From the IMG/VR virus record IMGVR_UViG_3300005190_000020: a stretch of DNA of 64,000 bases; one strand, 5' to 3'. This document shows positions 9,224-14,519 of the stretch, piece after piece; position 1 is the stretch's first letter; each line of letters starts with the position of its first letter. The translations under genes and the position numbers were made by a program. Below the pieces are notes generated by a model. The model searched no databases and was not told the origin of the DNA. It saw only the letters and a program-made list of their open reading frames with translations. The DNA is from a virus.

Positions 9224-9296
9224 TGGGTTGAAAAGGATTTGAACCTTTGTTCTCCTCGATGTAAGCGAGGTGTCTTGACCGCTAGACCATCAACCC
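9224..9296 (-). tRNA. tRNA-Val (anticodon UAC)
   Basis: Acceptor GGGTTGA/TCAACCC, anticodon arm CCTCG-CTTACAT-CGAGG, T-loop TTCAAAT. Confidence 0.8.
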
Positions 9297-9793
9297 ATAT
9301 ATTCTTCGAGTTTGACTTCCGAATTGTGAAACTCTATATGATGTTTTTTGCAAATCCATTCAACTTCTAAAGGTTTGTCGTAATCTGTGTGATGTGCTTC
9401 AATATTTTCTTCTGTGCCGCACTTTACGCATTTACCTCTTTGAAGTTTTCCTGTTTGAACTGCGCTGTTAACCATTCTCCTTGCTCTGACTTTTTTCGGG
9501 TGTTTTTCTTCTTGTCTTTGTTTGTACCTGTATTTATACTCTGAAATACCGCCTTTCCAATTAGGGTTGTTTTCACCTGTTTGGTCAATTTTTTCTGCCC
9601 TTAGTTTGCCAGAGCATTCTGGGCTGCAAGTTTTTCTTTCTTTTTCTTCATCATCCATTTTAAAGTGGCTGAGTTTTACTTCGTAGTCCTCTCCGCAATA
9701 GTTACACTGCTTGATTACTACTTTACGTTTCCTGCCGTGTAATTTACTTCTGTATACAGTTTTTCCTTGAACTACTTCATCCAGCTCTTCCAT
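9290..9793 (-). CDS. HNH endonuclease (start at Met of MEELDEV; promoter motif 9808-9826 upstream)
   Basis: CNYCG..C..C zinc finger, NPNWKGG motif, EAHHTDYDKPLEVEWICKKHH HNH core. Confidence 0.7.
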   Translation of the reverse strand: MEELDEVVQGKTVYRSKLHGRKRKVVIKQCNYCGEDYEVKLSHFKMDDEEKERKTCSPECSGKLRAEKIDQTGENNPNWKGGISEYKYRYKQRQEEKHPKKVRARRMVNSAVQTGKLQRGKCVKCGTEENIEAHHTDYDKPLEVEWICKKHHIEFHNSEVKLEEYMG

Positions 9794-9829
9794 AGTTATT
9801 ATATGTTTCCCAACTTTTATATATGTTGT

Positions 9830-9905
9830 TAGCGGGAACAGGATTTGAACCTGTGACTTCAAGGTTATGAGCCTTGCGACTTGGACCTGGCTCGTCTACC
9901 CCGCT
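9830..9905 (-). tRNA. tRNA-Met (anticodon CAU), initiator-like (A1:U72)
   Basis: Acceptor AGCGGGG/TCCCGCT with A1-U72 as in archaeal initiators; anticodon arm CAAGG-CTCATAA-CCTTG; T-loop TTCAAAT. Confidence 0.7.
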
Positions 9906-9910
9906 ATTTA

Positions 9911-9985
9911 TGACGAGACACGGATTTGAACCGTGGACATCTCGGATATGAACCGAGTGTTCACTCCTGACTGAACTACCTCGCC
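9911..9985 (-). tRNA. tRNA with anticodon CAU (elongator Met or Ile2/AUA-decoding)
   Basis: Acceptor GGCGAGG (two G-U), anticodon arm CTCGG-TTCATAT-CCGAG, T-loop TTCAAAT. Confidence 0.65.
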
Positions 9986-10020
9986 GTCTTATAGGTTAAC
10001 TTATTTAAACTTTACCAATT

Positions 10021-10045
10021 CACTGTGTGTGTGTTAAAGATTATA
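10021..10045. repeat. inverted partial copy of the (CA)5 element
   Basis: CACTGTGTGTGTGTTAAAGA = reverse complement of TCTTTAACACACACACAGTG seen at 6236 and 60723. Confidence 0.45.
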
Positions 10046-10056
10046 GGGTGGTTGAG

Positions 10057-10130
10057 TGCTAAGGACTGGATTTGAACCAGCATCCTCTCCATCTTCAGTG
10101 GAGCGCCTTCCCGAGTTAGGCTACCTCAGC
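10057..10130 (-). tRNA. tRNA-Phe (anticodon GAA)
   Basis: Acceptor GCTGAGG/CCTTAGC, D-arm GCCT..AGGC, anticodon arm CTCCA-CTGAAGA-TGGAG, T-loop TTCAAAT. Confidence 0.8.
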
Positions 10131-10270
10131 ATCAGGGAAAATTGAAAGAGACGGTAAATAACCAGGCTTACAAGACCTGGGCAGCACGCCTTGTGCTATA
10201 CCTCCCGTCGGGAGGTGAAAGAATCGAACTTTCCGAAGTAAGTCTCCTTCTTGCCCTAGTAAAAAAAAGT
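10131..10270 (-). other. rearranged (apparently circularly permuted) tRNA-like locus: T-arm + 3' acceptor strand lie UPSTREAM of a 5' half carrying a Thr-like (UGU) anticodon arm
   Basis: Minus reading: family-1 element ...TTACTTCGG-AAAG-TTCGATT-CTTTC-ACCTCCC-G-AC-GGGAGGT-AT-AGCA..TGCT-G-CCAGGT-CTTGTAA-GCCTGG; acceptor halves ACCTCCC/GGGAGGT are complementary. Confidence 0.4.
10233..10259 (-). repeat. tRNA-associated conserved element, family 1 copy (minus reading CTAGGGCAAGAAGGAGACTTACTTCGG)
   Basis: Directly abuts the T-arm of the permuted tRNA-like locus. Confidence 0.55.
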
Positions 10271-10407
10271 AATTTGCCGCTTGACAGACCTGGAAAGCCT
10301 GTATCAGCGTAGTGTTGCCACTCGGACAAACATTATTTTAGAAAATGCGAATCTTGAGATACGTGAAATAGTGTCCAAGTGGTTCACCTCTGTAATTTAT
10401 TATTGTG

Positions 10408-10427
10408 GTTTAACTTTTATAAAACCT
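10408..10427 (-). promoter_or_regulatory. conserved TATA/BRE-type promoter motif
   Basis: GGTTTAACTTTTATAAAACC. Confidence 0.5.
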
Positions 10428-10443
10428 TTTGTTTACCGCAAGG

Positions 10444-10517
10444 AGGATTCGAACCTCCGAGCTTCAGGTCCAAAGCCTGATGAGATTGACCACTACTCCA
10501 CTGCGGTGTTATTCGAG
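10444..10517 (-). tRNA. tRNA-Gln (anticodon UUG)
   Basis: Acceptor ACCGCAG/TTGCGGT, anticodon arm TCAGG-CTTTGGA-CCTGA, T-loop TTCGAAT. Confidence 0.75.
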
Positions 10518-10588
10518 AGCTTTTAGCAGCTCTCTGCTTTCAAGTGCTATCCAAAACAGTTTTTGTCTGCGTACTGAGTAACTCATGA

Positions 10589-10661
10589 TAGCTCCGGCAG
10601 GATTCGAACCTGCGTCTCCACGCCCAGAACGTGGAAGGATTGGCCTCTACCCTACGGTGCT
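10589..10661 (-). tRNA. tRNA-Gln (anticodon CUG); one A-A mismatch in acceptor stem
   Basis: Anticodon arm CCACG-TTCTGGG-CGTGG, T-arm GCAGG-TTCGAAT-CCTGC. Confidence 0.6.
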
Positions 10662-10667
10662 GTAAAT

Positions 10668-10741
10668 CGCCTCCACAGGGAGTCGAACCCTGGGCCAACG
10701 CTCGAAAGGCGTTGATGTTTTACCACTTACACCATGGAGGC
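10668..10741 (-). tRNA. tRNA-Glu (anticodon UUC)
   Basis: Acceptor GCCTCCA/TGGAGGC, anticodon arm AACGC-CTTTCGA-GCGTT, 4-nt variable loop, T-loop TTCGACT. Confidence 0.65.
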
Positions 10742-10782
10742 GTATGCGTATTCCTTATTTTGTGTCGAAATGTCGAATGAGG

Positions 10783-10920
10783 GCTGACGGATTCGAACCG
10801 CCGTCACCGGCTCCACAAGCCGAAGTAACCGTACCTAACTCGCACCTTTTTACAGGTTAAACATTGTTGGACGGTGAAAGTGGTATCTTTGACCAAACTA
10901 GACAAAGCCCTCGTCGGTGA
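10783..10920 (-). tRNA. tRNA gene with ~55-nt insertion (putative intron); anticodon unresolved
   Basis: 5' part GAGGGCT-TT-GTCT..AGAT and 3' part GGCGG-TTCGAAT-CCGTC-AGCCCTC-A pair as acceptor; insertion ends AAGGTGCGAGTTAGGTACGGTTACTTCGG, alignable with the insertion in 9086-9220. Confidence 0.45.
10820..10846 (-). repeat. tRNA-associated conserved element, family 2 copy (minus reading GGTGCGAGTTAGGTACGGTTACTTCGG)
   Basis: Second member of the GGTGCGAGT...GTTACTTCGG subfamily. Confidence 0.55.
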
Positions 10921-10924
10921 GTGT

Positions 10925-10998
10925 TGGATTCGAACCAACGACTTCCTACGCCCAAGGTAGGAGTCCTCGCCCACTAGACCAACTCACCATAGGTGAAA
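10925..10998 (-). tRNA. tRNA-Pro (anticodon UGG)
   Basis: Acceptor GGTGAGT/ACTCACC, anticodon arm CCTAC-CTTGGGC-GTAGG, T-arm GTTGG-TTCGAAT-CCAAC. Confidence 0.8.
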
Positions 10999-11097
10999 CA
11001 GTGGGAAACAGCGTTTAGTTGGAGGATTTAAAGTAGGGTCCCGCCTCCTGCCACAGGCGGTTGTGTTCGAAGTATCTGTTTCCCTTGCACCTGTTTA

Positions 11098-11172
11098 TGC
11101 CGCCGACGAGATTTGAACTCGTGTCGCTTGCTCGAAAGGCAAGCATGATTGACCTGACTACACTATGGCGGC
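11098..11172 (-). tRNA. tRNA-Glu (anticodon UUC), typical archaeal Glu-type sequence
   Basis: GCCGCCA..GTGTAGTCAGGTCAATCATGC..CTTGC-CTTTCGA-GCAAG..ACGAG-TTCAAAT-CTCGT. Confidence 0.7.
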
Positions 11173-11177
11173 AGTAT

Positions 11178-11250
11178 CGCCCGGCACGGGATTTGAACCC
11201 GTGTCCACCGGCTGACAACCGACGATGATGAGCCACTACACTAGCCGAGC
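11178..11250 (-). tRNA. tRNA-Asp (anticodon GUC)
   Basis: Acceptor GCTCGGC/GCCGGGC, anticodon arm GTCGG-TTGTCAG-CCGGT, T-arm ACGGG-TTCAAAT-CCCGT. Confidence 0.7.
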
Positions 11251-11358
11251 AAAAAAGGTTAGAGTGCTACAGGATAGCTTACGGTTAGAGATTGGTTACT
11301 CTTCCCTCGCGAGGGTTACGGCTTTGCCGTCCGCAGCCCGCTCCCTGCACTCTGTAGA

Positions 11359-11433
11359 TGCTCCCTCTGAGATTTGAACTCAGGACCCAAGACTGAGAAT
11401 CTTGGATGATTGACCGTACTACACCAAGGGAGC
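11359..11433 (-). tRNA. tRNA-Glu (anticodon CUC)
   Basis: Acceptor GCTCCCT/AGGGAGC, anticodon arm CAAGA-TTCTCAG-TCTTG, T-arm CTGAG-TTCAAAT-CTCAG. Confidence 0.75.
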
Positions 11434-11582
11434 ATGTATACATCGTAGAAAAACTTGCTAACCCAATTGTCTTGGGTCGTTAAGAAGTAAAACCTGGATA
11501 GCTTTACCTCTCTTACTGTCCAGCATCTTCTGGTTGCTGGGGTTCAGAGGGTTCTAGGTAAAGCTCTACAAGTGACATAAGT

Positions 11583-11656
11583 GGTATGGACCCTGTCAGA
11601 CTTGAACTGACGGCCTTTCCGTTGCAAACGGAACGCTCTGCCAACTGAGCTAAGGG
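11583..11656 (-). tRNA. tRNA-Ala (anticodon UGC)
   Basis: Acceptor GGGCCCT with G3:U70; anticodon arm TTCCG-TTTGCAA-CGGAA; T-loop TTCAAGT. Confidence 0.8.
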
Positions 11657-11767
11657 CCCGTGGTAAAGGACGGTGATTCTCGGCATCCGCACCTCCTGCA
11701 CCGTTCCTCGAAGCAGGTTGTGGTTCATCGCCTTTTATTTAAAGGTGCTGGGTAAGCACCGTGTTCA

Positions 11768-11838
11768 TGCGCCCAGTGAGAATCGAACTCACGCCACTCG
11801 CTTGGAAGGCGAGTATCTTACCACTTGACCATGGACGC
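11768..11838 (-). tRNA. tRNA-Gly (anticodon UCC)
   Basis: Acceptor GCGTCCA/TGGGCGC, anticodon arm CTCGC-CTTCCAA-GCGAG, T-arm GTGAG-TTCGATT-CTCAC. Confidence 0.7.
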
Positions 11839-11946
11839 TGGTAGTGAAGGGTTGCCATTGAAGGTGAGTCCGTCACAGGCTTTTTCCGTTCGCCTCTGGT
11901 CTACACCCGCAACCCTTCGGTTTAATTCGTGTTAAGGTTCAATAGT

Positions 11947-12022
11947 ATCCGCAGGCCGGACTCGAACCGGCAGCCTGTCGTTTACAAGACGACTGCTCTG
12001 GAACCAATTGAGCTACTACGGA
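11947..12022 (-). tRNA. tRNA-Thr (anticodon UGU); U1:A72 first pair
   Basis: Acceptor TCCGTAG/CTGCGGA, D-arm GCTC..GAGC, anticodon arm GTCGT-CTTGTAA-ACGAC, T-arm GCCGG-TTCGAGT-CCGGC. Confidence 0.7.
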
Positions 12023-12047
12023 ATTGTCTTGACTGTATATTATTATT

Positions 12048-12069
12048 GTCACTTAACTTTTATAAATCC
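12048..12069 (-). promoter_or_regulatory. conserved TATA/BRE-type promoter motif, ~35 nt upstream of tRNA-Thr(UGU) 5' end
   Basis: GTCACTTAACTTTTATAAATCC. Confidence 0.5.
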
Positions 12070-12079
12070 TTTGTGTGGA

Positions 12080-12151
12080 ATCCGGTTGCGAGACTCGAAC
12101 TCGCACCTCCGACATACCAAGTCGGTGTACTGCCTTTGATACTAAACCGGA
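12080..12151 (-). tRNA. tRNA-Thr (anticodon GGU); U1:A72 first pair
   Basis: Acceptor TCCGGTT/AACCGGA, anticodon arm CCGAC-TTGGTAT-GTCGG, T-arm GCGAG-TTCGAGT-CTCGC. Confidence 0.7.
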
Positions 12152-12160
12152 GTAAGTAAG

Positions 12161-12346
12161 TTAGTATGGTGCTACAAAGTCTTCTGCTTCAGGGGTGGTA
12201 CTCATTATTTCGTAGCTCGTTTCTGGTTCGAGGTTGTGGTCTGCCCATGTTTCTGCTTCGCTCCGGTTGTCTGTCTCCGTGGTGAAGCGTACTTCTCCGT
12301 CTACAGCTACAATCCACCTTACTCTGGTGTCTTGATTCATCATCAT
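12161..12346 (-). CDS. small acidic hypothetical protein (61 aa)
   Basis: ORF only; weak. Confidence 0.3.
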   Translation of the reverse strand: MMMNQDTRVRWIVAVDGEVRFTTETDNRSEAETWADHNLEPETSYEIMSTTPEAEDFVAPY

Positions 12347-12451
12347 ATGTATATTTATAGTTACTAACCTTTAAAAATGTGTTTGAGAGTAGGGGTCGAA
12401 TAGTTTGCCGGAACAAAAACTTTTATTATTGTTTAATTTCAAGTAATATGT

Positions 12452-12985
12452 ATGGAAGAAACCGAAAGAACATGGAACGGGAAAACGGTTTACAGAGGTT
12501 CGAAGAACGATTCTCAAAAACAAGACTATGTAAAGAACAATTGTGAGTATTGTGGCGAATATTTCTATGCTCTTTTACAATCTAGGAAAAGAGGAAACGG
12601 GAACTTCTGTAGTCGCTCCTGTAGCGGTAAAAAACAAGCTGAAGAAGGAAACTTAAGCGGCGAGGACAATCCTAATTGGAAAGGCGGTGTTAGTGAAAAC
12701 CATTACGAAAGGAATAAAGAGCAGTATATACAAAGAACTAAGGAAAATAAGTTGAAGAAGAAGAAATTTGTTGAAGACTACAAAAAGGAAAGAGAATGCG
12801 AAGAATGTGGAGAAGGGTTTTATCGCTGTTTACAGTTTCATCATCGTAACCCTGAAGAAAAATTTAAAGGGGTTTCTGAGATGGCAGACCTCAATTATTC
12901 AATAGACAGAATTAAAGACGAAATAGAGAAGTGTGACTTAGTATGTTCTAACTGTCACAGGAAAAGACATTACGAAGAAGAGTAG
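12452..12985 (+). CDS. HNH endonuclease (the only plus-strand gene of the island)
   Basis: CEYCG..C..C zinc finger, DNPNWKGG motif, FHHRN...CDLVCSNCH HNH core. Confidence 0.7.
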   Translation: MEETERTWNGKTVYRGSKNDSQKQDYVKNNCEYCGEYFYALLQSRKRGNGNFCSRSCSGKKQAEEGNLSGEDNPNWKGGVSENHYERNKEQYIQRTKENKLKKKKFVEDYKKERECEECGEGFYRCLQFHHRNPEEKFKGVSEMADLNYSIDRIKDEIEKCDLVCSNCHRKRHYEEE

Positions 12986-13055
12986 GGTGTGAGATTTGAA
13001 CTCACGTAAATCTGCTCTGCAAGCAGACACATATAAACCACTCTGTCAACCCTAC
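12981..13055 (-). tRNA. tRNA-Cys (anticodon GCA)
   Basis: Acceptor GTAGGGT/ACCCTAC, anticodon arm TCTGC-TTGCAGA-GCAGA, T-arm GTGAG-TTCAAAT-CTCAC. Confidence 0.65.
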
Positions 13056-13056
13056 T

Positions 13057-13140
13057 ATAAGCCGAAGTGCGGACTTGAACCGCGTCTTACCTTTACCATG
13101 GATACGGTTTTTCCCAGTTGGCTGTGTACTTAAGCTCGTC
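13057..13140 (-). tRNA. tRNA-like gene (~84 nt, type-II-like length), anticodon unresolved; 3' end contains the ACTTCGG block
   Basis: T-arm CGCGG-TTCAAGT-CCGCA and acceptor-like GCCGACG/CTTCGGC visible; remainder does not fold canonically by hand. Confidence 0.3.
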
Positions 13141-13189
13141 GGCATAGTGAAGGGAAAAGGTGGAGTCGGAATGGACAACTGGTGTTGCC

Positions 13190-13320
13190 CGTAGGCAGTT
13201 TAGTCTGAACTACGAGACTTGCCGAGGTCTCGGAGGGATTTGAACCCTCGACTTTCAACTCTTAAGGTTGACGTTCTAACCGAAGTAGCCGACTTCCTTA
13301 GCCCTTCAAAGGGTGATTTC
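13190..13320 (-). other. split/permuted tRNA-like locus: family-1 element, then T-arm GAGGG-TTCAAAT-CCCTC + CGAGACC, then 5'-half-like AGTCTCG-TA-AGTT..AACT followed by a 7-bp/ACCA-tetraloop hairpin
   Basis: Minus-strand reading; acceptor halves CGAGACC / AGTCTCG nearly complementary; no canonical anticodon arm found. Confidence 0.3.
13280..13306 (-). repeat. tRNA-associated conserved element, family 1 copy (minus reading AAGGGCTAAGGAAGTCGGCTACTTCGG)
   Basis: Shares AGGGC(A/T)AG-purine run-...TTACTTCGG with copies at 9054, 10233, 13446. Confidence 0.5.
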
Positions 13321-13379
13321 CATCAACTGCGACCGTCTACGTTGGACGGCTAAAAATGTTAAGGGAATAGTGAGAGCGA

Positions 13380-13476
13380 GATTCAGAGCTTTTCCGCCTG
13401 CTCCTATAAGGGATAAGGATTCGAACCTTCCAGGTGATTCTGTAATCGAAGTAACTCGTTCTCTAGCCCTTGTAAA
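13380..13476 (-). other. tRNA 3'-half-like fragment (T-arm GGAAGG-TTCGAAT-CCTTAT) preceded by family-1 element; no matching 5' half identified
   Basis: Minus reading: ...GAGTTACTTCG-ATTACAGAATCAC-CTGGAAGGTTCGAATCCTTATCCCTTAT...; lies immediately 3' of tRNA-Trp. Confidence 0.3.
13446..13470 (-). repeat. tRNA-associated conserved element, family 1 copy (minus reading AAGGGCTAGAGAACGAGTTACTTCGA)
   Basis: Sixth copy of the motif family. Confidence 0.5.
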
Positions 13477-13551
13477 TGGGAGAGACAGGACTCGAACCTG
13501 TATCCACTGCTCTGGAGGCAGCAGCTCGGCCAATTGAGGCTATACACTCCC
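13477..13551 (-). tRNA. tRNA-Trp (anticodon CCA), apparently intron-less
   Basis: Acceptor GGGAGTG/CTCTCCC (one mismatch), anticodon arm GCTGC-CTCCAGA-GCAGT, T-arm ACAGG-TTCGAGT-CCTGT. Confidence 0.6.
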
Positions 13552-13557
13552 AATATG

Positions 13558-13600
13558 TGGCAGGGCATCGAACAGTTAGTTAGTATATGCGCGCCCTGCC
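13558..13600. other. strong GC hairpin (GGCAGGGC ... GCCCTGCC, ~27-nt loop) between promoter motif and tRNA-Trp
   Basis: 8-bp perfect GC-rich inverted repeat; possible processing/termination structure. Confidence 0.3.
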
Positions 13601-13630
13601 GTGCAAGGTGACAACCTGTATACTATAATG

Positions 13631-13652
13631 GGTGTTTAACTTTTTTAAACCT
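13631..13652 (-). promoter_or_regulatory. conserved promoter motif (weaker TATA: TTTTTTAAAC)
   Basis: GGTGTTTAACTTTTTTAAACC ~90 nt upstream of tRNA-Trp 5' end. Confidence 0.4.
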
Positions 13653-13759
13653 TGTCCTTTTTCCCGCATCTGCGGCATGTGTATTTGTGGTGTTTTTTGG
13701 TTGCTCCTGTGAACTGCCATTCGTGACTGTAAACAAGGCACTTGACTTTGTTGACTAAG

Positions 13760-13954
13760 TTATTCCACATATTCTTCACCTATGTATTTACAGTTGCCGC
13801 ACTGTTTTCTGACGGTGTGCCATTTTTCTCCGTCTTCGGAGACCTGTGTTTTTTTGTAGTTGTATTCTCCGCAGTGAGGGCATTGACTGTAAGGTCTTTC
13901 AACTCTTTTTAGAGGCGGGTTTAATCCTGTAGCTGCTAGTTCTTGGTTATTCAC
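13760..13954 (-). CDS. small zinc-ribbon protein (64 aa)
   Basis: CPHCG...CGNC four-Cys arrangement. Confidence 0.45.
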   Translation of the reverse strand: MNNQELAATGLNPPLKRVERPYSQCPHCGEYNYKKTQVSEDGEKWHTVRKQCGNCKYIGEEYVE

Positions 13955-14519
13955 TGGTTTCTACCTCGTGGCAGTCTCTACACCGTGCTTCGTATATGTC
14001 GTCTCCACCTACTTTTACTGTTGGTTCTTCGACATTGGCTGGTTCGCCTGTCTGGTCAAGTCTCTGGTTCATAGATGCGTCGTCTCCACATCTCTGACAC
14101 ACGGCTTGAAGTTTGTCTACTCGGTCTGCGACAGCCATCAAACCGTCCACGGGGGTGAAGGGTGTGCCTCTAAACGTTTGGTCTGTTCCAGCGGCGATTA
14201 CCCTGTAACCTTGGTTGGCCAATGACTGAAGATTGCCGATTAAACGCCCGTCGAAGAAATTGGCTTCGTCAATGATTACTACGTCATCTGATTCTTTGAC
14301 GTGGCTGACGATTTGCCGGCTGTTTTCAACCATTAATGCTTGGACGGAGTTGCCGTCGTGGCTTCCAATCTCTGTCTCTGAGTACCTGTCGTCTAGCACA
14401 GGTTTGAAGCATTTCACTTTTTGGTCTGCGATTTCTGCCCTGTTGATTCTTCTGATAAGCTCTGAGGTTTTACCTGAGTACATGGGACCGGTGATTACTT
14501 CTAGTTGTCCGTCACTCAT
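13947..14519 (-). CDS. tdk: thymidine kinase (TK1-type)
   Basis: N-terminal P-loop GPMYSGKTSELIRR, C-terminal CQRCG...CRDCH zinc ribbon typical of TK1 family; 190 aa. Confidence 0.85.
   Translation of the reverse strand: MSDGQLEVITGPMYSGKTSELIRRINRAEIADQKVKCFKPVLDDRYSETEIGSHDGNSVQALMVENSRQIVSHVKESDDVVIIDEANFFDGRLIGNLQSLANQGYRVIAAGTDQTFRGTPFTPVDGLMAVADRVDKLQAVCQRCGDDASMNQRLDQTGEPANVEEPTVKVGGDDIYEARCRDCHEVETSE

Noticed and set aside
10281-10526. 81-aa plus-strand ORF
   Set aside because: Overlaps tRNA-Gln(UUG) and a promoter motif on the opposite strand; no start context; hydrophobic junk translation.
11513-11728. 71-aa minus ORF
   Set aside because: Coincides with tRNA-Ala(UGC) and its flanks; translation of tRNA sequence.
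11929-12159. 76-aa plus ORF
   Set aside because: Spans two tRNA-Thr genes on the opposite strand.
10131-13476. Interpretation of the orphan tRNA 3'-half fragments as attP-type integration sites
   Set aside because: No integrase or recombinase gene in the window, and there are three fragments, each tied to the conserved GTTACTTCGG element; kept only as an alternative hypothesis.
13306-13537. Overlapping 75-aa and 74-aa ORFs on both strands
   Set aside because: Cover the tRNA-like fragments and tRNA-Trp; not coding.
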